A DNA stretch of 32,000 nt from an uncultured Acidobacteriota bacterium (GTDB lineage: Bacteria; Acidobacteriota; Terriglobia; Terriglobales; Acidobacteriaceae), in contig CAVXRC010000005.1 of assembly GCA_963764145.1 (NCBI GenBank), forward strand, positions 1,660,413 through 1,692,412. The letters are read 5' to 3'. The translations under genes and the position numbers were made by a program. Each line of letters begins with the position of its first letter. The stretch's first letter is position 1. Below are positions 16,721 to 26,205 of the stretch, piece by piece. Under the pieces are notes generated by a model. That model saw nothing but the letters and a program-made list of their open reading frames with translations. It was not told the origin of the DNA and searched no databases.

Positions 16721-17578
16721 CTACAGCGCCCGCGCAACTAATGCCGTAACCATTCCGCTAAGGCCGCTGCTATGACCGCCGACGTGGCCGGAGAAGAGGC
16801 TCGCCGTCATCGTCGGAATCTTCAGCAAAATAAATCCAGCAACCAGGCACATCATGAGCAGACCAGGCATGAGATAAACAAGCCTTTGCGGATCGTTGAC
16901 ATTCATCGCACCGCTGGTCAGGTACGTGATCATCAGGTGGCTCATGACGCTCATGGTTGCGGCGGCGACGACCTTGTAAAATTCAAATCCGACAAAGGCT
17001 TTGAGCCATCCCCAGAAGAGAAAATCGGTCTTATCGAACACCATCCATGGGATAAACACCGGGCCAAGAAGTCCAATAATGGTTGCGCCGATCGCGCCAT
17101 AGGCCAAAATTACTCCGATCAAGCCAGCCAAGATGCACAGCGAGATCTGCACTGTGTAACTGCAAACGAGCTTGTAGGGTTCGGTAAACGACGGTGAGAG
17201 GCTGCCGACTTTGCTCAGAGCTGCATGGATCGTGTTCTGGACTTCCTGCGTCGAGTCATTGCCGATGTAATCCACCAAGCTGCTCGTTCCGCCGCTGACA
17301 AAACCCTTGAGTGAGTAGCCAATTCCTGGGATCGAACTGTCGTAGAACTTCACGAAGCAGTAAGCAAAAGTGAGCAGCACGAAGAGGCTGATGAATTTCG
17401 GCAGACTAAACCCCGGACCGCCTTGCGCAGACGCGAGGGCCTCCTGTACGCCAAACCAACAAATCATGATGGTCGCAAGAGCAATGACCATTCGTAACCC
17501 AAGCGAATCGATAGAAGGCGACGCCGTTGCTGTCAGGTTGTCGCAGCCATTCTTAATCAGGATCAGAAAATCCATCAC
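16721..17578 (-). CDS. virB6: T4SS VirB6/TrbL-like polytopic membrane protein
   Basis: 285 aa with at least 5 predicted TM helices. It sits between the VirB5-like and VirB8-like genes. Confidence 0.65.
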   Translation of the reverse strand: MMDFLILIKNGCDNLTATASPSIDSLGLRMVIALATIMICWFGVQEALASAQGGPGFSLPKFISLFVLLTFAYCFVKFYDSSIPGIGYSLKGFVSGGTSSLVDYIGNDSTQEVQNTIHAALSKVGSLSPSFTEPYKLVCSYTVQISLCILAGLIGVILAYGAIGATIIGLLGPVFIPWMVFDKTDFLFWGWLKAFVGFEFYKVVAAATMSVMSHLMITYLTSGAMNVNDPQRLVYLMPGLLMMCLVAGFILLKIPTMTASLFSGHVGGHSSGLSGMVTALVARAL

Positions 17579-17594
17579 CAGCCCCCAAAGCTCC

Positions 17595-18407
17595 TTAATA
17601 ATGAAATGCCCATTGCGTGCCCGCGCTTGTCTGCTGAGGCGTGAGATACTCGAAATTCTGCTGGTAACCGTTGCCCGTCTGGAAGAGCGCCTTCAGGTTG
17701 TCCTGCTGAACCTTCTGGCCGACGATCTGTTGCAAAGTCTGGCCCTGAAGGATCTGATTGGTTTCCTGTTGGCTGCGCAACTCAATCAGGAGAGCCTGAT
17801 TAATGCGCTGCAACGTCGCCATCTCGGTATGCTGCGCCGGATCGCTTGAATGCGTCGCTGCTTCGAGTTGGCTGATGTCGGCCTCGCGCTGTGCCGCATT
17901 CGCGCGGACGGTCCCAACAGTTTGCAGATTGCTCGCATTTATGGCGTCCGAAAGATCGACCGTCGCCCCCTGTGCAGCAATCGCCTGTTGTCCTTCTGCA
18001 CTGAGAGAGGAATAGCCGGAGATCTGCCCCGTGTGCGGCAGACTCGACGACTGGTTAGCAGCAGACGCTCCATACCCGGTCGTAGCGGCATTGATCCAGG
18101 GAAGCGAGTTGCCGTAGGTATTCGCCGGCCGAGTGAGAATGATCCACTGCTGCCGGCCAAGATTGGCGTAGGAGCTGTATAGGGTCTGGGGCAGAGACGC
18201 CATCCGCTGGGCAAGGTTGTAGGCGGCGATGACGTTTCTGGTCGTCGCGACCGTTGTGGTGTACAACTGGTTTCCCTGCGTGATCTGTTGAATGGCGTGC
18301 CCAGATTGTGTCGGATCGAAGACAATACCTGATCCGAAGAACTGCGCATGCGCCAGCGTAGAAAGGGATGCAAACGCCATTGCCGCTACGACTCTGTGTA
18401 GTCTCAT
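17595..18407 (-). CDS. T4SS VirB5/TrbJ-like secreted protein
   Basis: Signal peptide MRLHRVVAAMAFASLSTLAHA from ATG 18407 (GAGGAG upstream), then GIVFDPTQSGHAIQQITQGNQLY, which is a TrbJ-like V(F)DP..... motif. The rest is helical and Q-rich. Confidence 0.6.
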   Translation of the reverse strand: MRLHRVVAAMAFASLSTLAHAQFFGSGIVFDPTQSGHAIQQITQGNQLYTTTVATTRNVIAAYNLAQRMASLPQTLYSSYANLGRQQWIILTRPANTYGNSLPWINAATTGYGASAANQSSSLPHTGQISGYSSLSAEGQQAIAAQGATVDLSDAINASNLQTVGTVRANAAQREADISQLEAATHSSDPAQHTEMATLQRINQALLIELRSQQETNQILQGQTLQQIVGQKVQQDNLKALFQTGNGYQQNFEYLTPQQTSAGTQWAFHY

Positions 18408-18423
18408 GTGTGTCTCCTCTGGC

Positions 18424-18669
18424 TCATTTGCTTCGTTCGTCCTGTAGTTGCTTCCAGACCTCGTCCATTTGCTTGGCTTCATCAGCGCATTTCTGACTGA
18501 ACTGGGGCTTGGCTTTCAAATACTCGTCTCCGCAGTCTTTCTGGTATTGCTGACTAAGCCGGTCATGCTCTTTCTGAAGGGCTTCGATCCTCGCCTGATG
18601 AGTTTTACAGCCGGTCAATGCGATAGCCGAAACTGCGATTAGAACAGCGGATGATGCAGCTTTGAACAT
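18424..18669 (-). CDS. Small lipoprotein in a VirB7/TrbH-like position
   Basis: 81 aa. Lipobox AIALTG|C after a signal peptide. The gene sits between the VirB10-like and VirB5-like genes. Confidence 0.6.
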   Translation of the reverse strand: MFKAASSAVLIAVSAIALTGCKTHQARIEALQKEHDRLSQQYQKDCGDEYLKAKPQFSQKCADEAKQMDEVWKQLQDERSK

Positions 18670-18681
18670 GAGTCAATCTCC

Positions 18682-20013
18682 TCAAAAGGTTTGCGGAATC
18701 GTGTGATTGTCGTATGCAGGTAGAAGCATGTCCTGCACGAAATAGACCTTGATACGATGTCCCTCCCGAATCGTGATCGTGGGAGGGATCTGAATGAACC
18801 GGTCGAGCACGGTGGTTGCCGACTGCGAGACGCTTGACGCGGCGCCCGTCGTGAATGCCTGCGAACCACTCGTTGTGATCGTTCCGCCGCCAGCTTCGAT
18901 CTGACTGGCTCCGGCGATCACACCCAAGGCAATGGAGATTCCGAAGATTTCGAAATAATGGTTGTTCACCTTGTCTTTCAGGCCTTCCTCTCCGATCTGA
19001 TCGAGGCCGTGAAACTGATCGAGATCGACCGAATATCCATCGGGCATGATCATGCGATGGAAAACGACCGCCATCCGCCGCTGCTGACCGAAGCCGCTTG
19101 ACCCGATCTTGCGAGCCTCCCCGAGCACGATCGTTCCATCTGGAATGAGCACATGCTGGCGATCGTGCGAATAAACGGGGCTTGATACCATGACCTTCAC
19201 CGGGCCAGGGGCATCTCCGTCGAGCCGGTTCATCAGAATCGTGTCCATCGTGAGGCCCTCATAAATCACATACGGCTGCCCAACCGCCGAATCGATATTG
19301 ACCTCCGCGGTTCGCTTGGCTGCAGGATCTCCACTCGAATCGCTCTTCTTTCCCGCCGCCTGTTGGGCCGGGATCATGTTCGTCGCCGGCGGATCAGACG
19401 GTTGGCTTGAAGCCGCTTGGATCGCGCCGTCCGAATGCGGATTCGCATCAGGAGCGGATGCAGCCTGAGGAGCGTTCGCCTGCGCATAAACAAGATTCGA
19501 TGCAAATCGAGCGTTGTACGCCAGTTCCCGCTCCTTGGCCGCCAGTTGTTGCGCTTGTTGCTGTTCCGGGGAAATTTGGGTTGCCCATAGACTCCTTGTT
19601 GCTGGCAGGGCTGGCCCGGCGTGCAGGACGTGGTTGCCCTGTTGGCCCATAGGCCGCGGCGGCTGCCTGCTGCGCCGGAGTGCCAGTCGATAATGCGGGT
19701 CGTCGCCGATGGCTGACTCGCTGCGGTCTGCGCTTCTTTCTGGCGCTCGGCGGCGAGCTGGTTCTTGAGATCCTGGACGTTGTTGTCCGTGTTGTCCTGA
19801 AGCGCTGGCTGCGGGGCTCATGCTGCGATGCGGCGATGGCCGGGTCTTCTTCCGGTAGTTGCTGATGAGGGCCGCAGACGACGACCGCCGACGCCCCCAG
19901 GAAGACCCCGACCTTAAGGTTCTTTCGGATCACGCCCTTGGGCTCTGTCTTGGCGCGATGCAACTGCGGCCAGGTACGGCCACGTGTTCGGGTTGAATCG
20001 TCTGCTCTGCCAT
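18682..20013 (-). pseudogene. virB10: T4SS VirB10/TrbI-like; the 3' two-thirds is intact and the 5' ~450 nt needs at least 4 frame changes
   Basis: The C-terminal domain is intact in one frame (PYVIYEGLTMDTILMNRLDGD...IPDGTIVLGEARKIG...GEEGLKDKVNNHYF...HRIKVYFVQDM). ATG 20013 lies 4 nt after the virB9 stop and gives MAEQTIQPEHVAVPG. The next segments read in other frames: LHRAKTEPKGVIRKNLKVGVFLGASAVVV, AALISNYRKKTRPSP and LQDNTDNNVQDLKNQLAAERQKEAQTAASQP. Confidence 0.7.
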
Positions 20014-20016
20014 TGG

Positions 20017-20780
20017 TTATCCCTTCCGTGTGAAGTCCATGCGCTTCTTGCCCAGTTCCAGGTACCCTGAATCCATGACCTTCGGGATGATGTAGGTCCC
20101 GTCGCGAAGGTCGTAGTTGACGAGGTTGGGCTTGCCGTCCTTCATCTCGTAGACGCTGAACTTCTCCGGGCCGTCGTCTTGATATAGGTGAACTTGTCGT
20201 CGTGGATAGATCGACTGAATGTCGAAGGGCGCTTCGTTCACGTTGAACGTATAGTCGAATTCAGCGAGAGCGGATACGCGCTCTTGTATTCGTCCACGGC
20301 CTGCGTGACATGCGCCTGCACAGCGGCAAGCTGCTGCCGCGACTGCTCGAGCTGCGCGGCAGGAACAAACTGCGCGGGCCCGGATGGACGCGACGATCGA
20401 AGAGTGGTCGGCAGGCTCGACGAGAACTTTCAGATCGGGCGCGACCGTGGCTGTCCGAAACATCCTGCAGGGTGAAGCTGTAGATGTTGCCTTTGTCCGT
20501 GATCAGGTTGAGATTGGAACTGATGCCGGCCTTCGCCGGATGAACGAAGCAGAAGTTGCCCACCACGTCGACGACCCAGAAATCCTTGTCGCCGGTCGCG
20601 GCCTCCATGATCTTTTCCGAGGGCGGCACCTCGATCAGGGTGGTGTACTTCAACTTGGCGTGGATGGGAACGATGTCCTGCGAGTGGTACTGCACGGTGC
20701 GCGCCGCGGCATCCTGCGCGAAGGCACGCAGTCGAGACTGAGAGCAATCTGAGAGCGGTGGAGATGGAGTGAGCGTTCAT
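20017..20780 (-). pseudogene. virB9: T4SS VirB9/TrbG-like, multiply frameshifted
   Basis: The pieces, in reading order across frames, are:
- MNAHSISTALRLLSVSTACL (signal peptide)
- VQYHSQDIVPIHAKLKYTTLIEVPPSEKIMEAATGDKDFWVVDVVGNFCFVHPAKAG...NLITDKGNIYSFTLQDVS
- APDLKVLVEPAD
- QFVPAAQLEQSRQQLAAVQAH
- EFDYTFNVNEAPFDIQSIY
- HDDKFTYIKTTA
- PEKFSVYEMKDGKPNLVNYDLRDGTYIIPKV
The start ATG overlaps the virB4 stop (ATGA). Confidence 0.7.
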
Positions 20781-23296
20781 ACAGCGGCTCCTTTGGGTTG
20801 GAGGTTGACGGTGCCGGCCGTCGTGCGAGGCCGGAAGGGATAGTCCTGGGCGAGCCGGCGCAAGCCTTCGGCGAATGCCGAAGCGCTCGAAGTATTCGCG
20901 CTTGGTAAGGTTGTCCCGGGCATTGTTGGTCGCCATCCAGTGGGAAACCGAATCGACGTTCAACTGAACTTTCTTCGAGCTCTGCGCTTTCCGGATCAGC
21001 ATCTGACCGGGGGGAACGAGGCCGGCGATGAGTTCAAGCTCCGTGTCGTTCAGGTGAAACGCCTCGCGGTAGAGCTCGCGGTCCATCTCCGGGTTGGCAA
21101 GGAAGATCTTGGTCGGGCAGCTCTCGGAGACGATCTGGAGCATCCCCGATTCCTCAAGCTCCTTGATGGACTGCGTGGCGAGGATCATCGCGGCATTGTG
21201 CTTGCGCCAGGTCTTCTGCGCCTGGACGACATAGTTGCGGATCGTCTCGTTGCTGATGAACAGCCATGCCTCGTCGAGCAGGAACATCTTGAAAGTGCCG
21301 AGCTTCGCGGGATCGGTGATCTCGTTGCTCGCCCGATGCAGGACATAGAACAGCAGCGGCTCCAGAACCTCGCGGCGCATCTCCCCAGCCGGCGAAGTTG
21401 AAGGTCTGGAAACGGCTGAACGAGAGCGTGTCTTCGGCGTTGTCGAAGAGGAATCCATACTGCCCTGCCCGCGTCCAGCGATGAAGCCGTTCCTTCAGCT
21501 CGCCGAGGATGTTGGCGAAGTTGGAGATGGTGCGCTGTTCGGGCTCGAGAACGTACACGCGCTCGATCCCGTCCCAGAGCTTCCGTTCTTCTTTGAAGTC
21601 GAGCCGGTACCGCGTGTCGTTGCCTTCGATCAGCGCCCGGAAGAACGCGAAGAGAAACTGCAGGTTTTCTTCGGTGCGGCGGAAGCGAGAACGGGTTGAT
21701 CGTGAAGTCGCGCGATTCGCTGGCCGACGTTCAGGTAGCTCCCGCCGAAGATCGTGGTCAGCGATTGGAAGCTGCCGCCGATGTCGAAGATGAAGGTGAG
21801 CGGCTCGTACTTCTGCGCATTCTGCAGCAGGAAGTTGCAGAGGTAGGATTTGCCGCATCCGGTCATGCCGAGGATGAGCGTGTGCGCAACCTCGCCGTTG
21901 TGCAGGTTCAGGAAGTACGGCGTGCTGTTGTCGGTTTCGAGCACCGCCAGGTATTCCGCGCCGAGATGCGGATTCCACTGTCTCGCCGGGCAGGATCGTG
22001 AACAGAAACGAGAGATCGGCATAGTTGGTGTTGAGCAGCAGCAGCCGGCGCAGATTCAGCGCGTAGTTGCCGGGCACCGTGGCGAAGTAGGCATTGAGCT
22101 GGTTGTAGGTCTCGACGAAGAGACTGCCATCGGCATTGGTGAACACGCCGGCGAACTCGCCCACCAGCCGATTCGACTTCGCTTTCGATCGCGGCCATAG
22201 AGAACGATGGTCAGAGAGAAGTCGCCCAGCGACTGGCCATCGCCCAGCGCGCGCAGGCAGTCGCCAAGGTTCTCGATATCGGCCTGCTTCGATTCATCGA
22301 TCAGAACATCGCGCGGGTTCGTCTTCGTCGGATCGTTGCCCAACTGCGAGATGAAGCCGGTCTTGGAGATGTTGAAGTGGCGGCGGCGCTTGTTCACTTC
22401 CTTGCGCGCCTTGTCCGCCGGGAAGCGGCGTCCACTCCGTCACCACATGGAAGTTGCCCGGAATCTTGAGCAGCGCATCGAGCACCAGCGGCCGCGTCTC
22501 GGCGATAGCCTCCTTCATCGTCAGCACGCGGACGAAGTGATCGCCCACGCGCAGATGGTCGCGCTCGGCCTCGATGTCGGAATTGACGACCTGGATAGTC
22601 GAGAAACTGCGTGCTCTTCGGATTGCCCGCAATGCGCCAGTCATCGTAGTTCAAAAGCCGGCGGAAGAACCGGAATTGGCCGCGCTGATTCAGGATCTCG
22701 ATCGGGACGAAATCGCTCAAGCTGGCGAACGAATGCCTCGACCCGCTGTTCGAGAAGAGCGCGGTCGCTTTCGATCTGCGACCGCAGCAGAGTCTTCATG
22801 CTGCCGCTTGCGAACTGCGCCTTCAATTCTTCGAAGGCGCCGGCCGGATTCTCGGCCAACCGGGCGAGGGCCGGACCGATTCCGGTCTTTGCAGTGTGCA
22901 GCCTCGAAGAAGAATGCAGTAGAAGATCTCGATCTGATAGAGAGCGTCGCGTTTGGCCTGGAAGAACTCGCGCCGGTGATTGACTTCGGTCTGAACGACC
23001 GGGTCGTCATAGTGCGCGAATGGAATCTCGGGCCGGTTCGATTTGAACAGATACTGATAGACGTGGAACCCGGGACCGAACGACTTTGAGCGCAGCTTCC
23101 AGCCGCTTGACGGCATATTCCTGCTCCGCGTGATCGAGGCTCTCGTAGTCGACCCCGGAACACGCGAAGCACCATGCCCAGGTCGCCGCTCTTGGTCAGA
23201 AACGCCGTCTCATTCCAGAAGCCGTAAAGATTGATGTGATCGTTGAGCGCACGCGGCTTCTTTCCACGGCTTGATGACCTTATCGAGGCGCAGCAT
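20777..23296 (-). pseudogene. virB4: T4SS VirB4/TrbE ATPase, broken by about ten or more 1-nt frameshifts
   Basis: The total span of about 840 codons fits TrbE. Walker A ILGMTGCGKSY is encoded at nt 21846-21875. Walker B MFLLDEAWLF is at about nt 21265-21294. Collinear conserved fragments are spread over the ORFs 23210-, 22823-, 22641-, 22394-, 22294-, 22056-, 21154-, 21630- and 20430-. The start ATG overlaps the virB3 stop (TGATG). Confidence 0.8.
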
Positions 23297-23594
23297 CAGC
23301 GCACCTCCACACGAGGGAGAGATTGCTTGGCGGCGTCGTAGCGCGCGTTGTAACGTTCCGATTTCGCCAGGATGCGAAGAAGAGCGGGATCGCTTCCGGT
23401 CACCCAACAGCCGAATGCAAACCCGCCCGCAAAGAGGAGCAACCCGGCGACCAGGCTGTTGAACAGGTTGAATGCGCCGACGGCGCCACACAGACGAAGA
23501 AGAACAGCGTTCGCTCGACCCCGAGGTACGTGAGGGGCTTGTGCAGGCTTTTGTAGACCCGGTTCCTCCGTCGGGTTGTAGTGTGTGTCTGCAT
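23296..23594 (-). pseudogene. virB3: T4SS VirB3/TrbD-like with one frameshift near 23482-23484
   Basis: MQTHTTTRRRNRVYKSLHKPLTYLGVERTLFFFVCVA continues in another frame as VGAFNLFNSLVAGLLLFAGGFAFGCWVTGSDPALLRILAKSERYNARYDAAKQSLPRVEVR*. Confidence 0.65.
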
Positions 23595-23652
23595 CGTCGC
23601 CCCTCGCGTAAGCGTTGGTTGATGGTTGAGGTTGTAGCTCGGAGAGGTTCGG

Positions 23653-23934
23653 TTAGATACCCCAAAGCCAGGTCAGGACGTTGGTGGCGAGCACGGCGAT
23701 TCCCGTGCCGGCGGCGACGCCGGCGAGAGTCTTCTTCGCGCCGGGCTCGCCGTGCGCGAACTGGTAGCCGCCAACCACAATCGCGATCAGGCTGGCGACT
23801 TTGGCAACCGTGCCGGTGAACAGGGTTTGCATGGCGGTAAAGCCGGTATCGAAGGGTGAGCCGCCCGCTGCTTGCGCGTGCGCGGCGACCGGCACGAGCA
23901 GAAGAAGCAGGAAGATCGCTTTCGAGTCTTTCAA
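23653..23934 (-). CDS. virB2: T4SS VirB2/TrbC-type pilin
   Basis: 93 aa. Signal peptide ...LLLLLVPVAAHAQA followed by two hydrophobic helices (VAKVASLIAIVVGGYQF; AGVAAGTGIAVLATNVLTWLWG). TTG start as given in the track. Confidence 0.7.
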   Translation of the reverse strand: MKDSKAIFLLLLLVPVAAHAQAAGGSPFDTGFTAMQTLFTGTVAKVASLIAIVVGGYQFAHGEPGAKKTLAGVAAGTGIAVLATNVLTWLWGI

Positions 23935-24195
23935 TGAGACGAAAGTGCCTCCGCCATGCGGGCGAAAGATTCATGCGTGTACCTCCGTTTCTGTGAATTT
24001 GACCTCAACCGAGCAGGTCATGACCCAGAGATTCGCGCGAACTCGATTTCTTGTCCAAGGCTTTATTCGCACGGTTTGATGCGTGAAAACCATCAATATG
24101 GCGCGCGTTGTAACCGTGCGGAGTCTGGCAGTACGTGACGGAGTTACTCTCTGTGGAAAATCTCAACTCGCGATCGCGAAATCTCCTCCACAAGT

Positions 24196-24501
24196 TCACT
24201 CGCGATGTCCGCGGTCCCGTGCTCTCAGACGCGCCAGTCGCTGCGCCCTTTCGAATTCGGTAACAAATCGAGCCAGAGCCTGTTCGAGGTCCATGATGAA
24301 TGGCCCTGCTTCCTCGGTAATCGCTACGAAGTGATTGGCGCGGGTGAAAACGGTAAACTCAAATTCCTTCTCGAGTGCTTTTACCTCTCGGCTGACGTGC
24401 GATTGGTCCACGTGAAGTCGTTCCGCTGCCTTTCCGAAGTGCAGCTCTCGCGCAACAGCGAGGAGGTATTAAGGACTTCGGAGCGGGGGGATAACGGCCA
24501 T
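24196..24501 (-). pseudogene. LysR-type HTH domain remnant (in-frame TAA at codon 11, no effector-binding domain)
   Basis: The minus strand from ATG 24501 reads MAVIPPLRSP*YLLAVARELHFGKAAERLHVDQSHVSREVKALEKEFEFTVFTRANHFVAITEEAGPFIMDLEQALARF... and stops after about 100 codons. A full LysR regulator is about 300 aa. Confidence 0.55.
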
Positions 24502-25048
24502 AAAATCACCACCAGAATGAAATGGTCCGAACCGCAGATCTCTCTGCACTGACTAAAGGCCTTTTCAAGGGCCTGTTAGCGCCAGTCAGACCTCTTACGC
24601 CGAAAATTTACAAAGGTGAGGGGATCGCAAATCAGTCAGCGAGCCACGATAATTTGCCCTCTCCATATCAGAGCTGTGAAAAACGCTCAAAGTTTGACAC
24701 CATAAACAGAAATATTTTTTGCCGGTAGTTCACTACCCTCCCAGCGTGGCCGATATTCAGCTCTTACAATATGGATTCTTGCCGCGTACTTGGAGGGGAC
24801 GTCAGACTTCGTGTGGCCAGAGATGCGGGCCTCGTGCGGCGTTCAGGACCGGATGGCAGCAGGCGCCCCGATTGCATACCATAGTGCTCCAATCCAAATC
24901 GTGTGTCAATGTAGTGCGATATAAACACGTTTACTACGCAAACGTATGTCAAGCTGCGGTTGACCTACAGCGGCCTGAAACTGTACTTTCCATTTTATAA
25001 TGACGGACTTTGACGAGATCTATTGGGTTGGGGGTCAGACGGAGGAAA

Positions 25049-25276
25049 ATGCGTCAAACGCGAGAGAACCAGCATCTGAGCCAGGATTCGTTGGCACAAC
25101 CGCTCGGAATCAGCCGTACCTCGATGGTCAATATCGAGGCCGGCCGGCAGCACACTCCCCTGCACGTGCTTTGGCAGATTGCCGAACTGCTTGAAACCAA
25201 ATTCACTTCGCTGATTCCTTCGCCGGAGGAACTGCTCCGCTCCACCGAAACGAGACCGTGCTGGATAAAGAAATGA
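25049..25276 (+). CDS. XRE-family HTH repressor (ImmR/cI-like); the 3' end is possibly frameshifted
   Basis: ATG 25049 after GGAGGA. MRQTRENQHLSQDSLAQPLGISRTSMVNIEAGRQHTPLHVLWQIAELL matches the HTH_3 pattern. Coding-like sequence continues in another frame (VLDKEMMEQIEEVANGDPAIIKVL). Confidence 0.65.
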   Translation: MRQTRENQHLSQDSLAQPLGISRTSMVNIEAGRQHTPLHVLWQIAELLETKFTSLIPSPEELLRSTETRPCWIKK

Positions 25277-25395
25277 TGGAGCAGATTGAGGAAGTGGCGA
25301 ATGGCGATCCGGCTATCATCAAAGTGTTAACCGGGTCTTGTTGGCCAGGAAGCTCAAAAGGAAAGTTAATTCGCCGAATACCGAGAGGAAGGCGC

Positions 25396-26018
25396 ATGGC
25401 CAGGCAAAATCTCGAAGAAAGAGCTGAAAAGACCCTTCGTGATACGGATTCCTATCAGGTACCGGTACCGATTCATCATGTCGCCGAGCGGTTGAACCTG
25501 ACCCTCGAAGCGACGGCCCTCGGTGACAAGGTATCAGGGATGCTGGTGGTACAGGGGGACGGGTCGATGGGGTATAACTCTGCCCATGCCCGAGTGCGGC
25601 AACGGTTCACGATTTCGCACGAAATTGCCCATTATCTGCTCCAAGCGAAGAAAACCGACAAGGCCCAATTGTTCATCGATAAGCAGATCACATTCCGGCG
25701 GGACGAACGTCTTCTGCCGGGATGAACCGCGAAGAGGTCGAAGCAATCAACCTCGGCGCCGCGCTCCCGATGCCTCGTGGTCTGGTCCAACAGGAAGTCC
25801 GGGCTCAGGATCTGGATTTAGATGACAATGAAGCGATCGAAGTTTTGGCCAAGAAATTCCAGGTGAGCACGGTGGCAATGGGGAATCGCCTGCAGATACT
25901 GAGAATGCTTGCCTACGAGAAATTTAGACAAAAGCCTTGTACGCAGTTTTTTCTTCTTTTCCAAATCCCTGGCGGTGCGGCCAATTTCCCAATCTGCACA
26001 TTGAGACATCGGGACTGA
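25396..26018 (+). pseudogene. ImmA/IrrE-family (M78) metallopeptidase with a frameshift near 25700-25725
   Basis: ATG 25396 after GAGGAAGG. HEXXH motif in RQRFTISHEIAHYLL. The expected downstream helix EVEAINLGAALPMPRGLV...LAKKFQVSTVAMGNRL is only readable in the next frame (ORF 25722-26018). Confidence 0.65.
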
Positions 26019-26051
26019 CAATTACCCATCTGCACTTTGGGTCATCTGGAC
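25988..26051 (+). repeat. Two imperfect ~27-bp direct repeats, 36-37 bp apart
   Basis: CCCAATCTGCACATTGAGACATCGGGAC (25988-26015) and CCCATCTGCACTTTGGGTCATCTGGAC (26025-26051). About 22 of 27 positions are identical when aligned by eye. Confidence 0.5.
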
Positions 26052-26205
26052 GGATGTAGCCCCAATAGCTCCGGCAATGGTGTGAACAGGCGTTGACCTA
26101 ATGCCAGCCCAAACCTAGATTGTCGACGTATGCGTCTTCCTCTCACTGTTACCTCAATTCGCGGGAGTCTTGATTTGTCTTAACTCGAGGGGATGAGGCC
26201 ATATC

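Noticed and set aside
16002-16775. 257-aa plus-strand ORF over the virB8 region
   Set aside because: It is antisense to a well-supported VirB8-like gene, and it has no start context or motifs.
23210-23974. 254-aa minus-strand ORF spanning virB2, virB3 and the start of virB4
   Set aside because: It is an out-of-frame read-through. Its translation is R/S/P-rich with no motif, whereas recognisable VirB2 and VirB3 peptides are read in other frames over the same DNA. Only its last 14 codons (MLRLDKVIKPWKEA) are real, and they are the virB4 start.
24549-24589. Nested hairpin (CTGACT...AGGCC-loop-GGCCT...AGTCAG) in the AT-rich gap
   Set aside because: It is not downstream of any convincing gene on either strand and has no U tract, so its function cannot be assigned.
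25010-26018. Single fused XRE-ImmA polypeptide
   Set aside because: A fusion is possible if two or three indels are assumed. However, a strong GAGGAAGG-ATG at 25396 and the common two-gene immR/immA layout favour separate genes. The question is left open in the findings.
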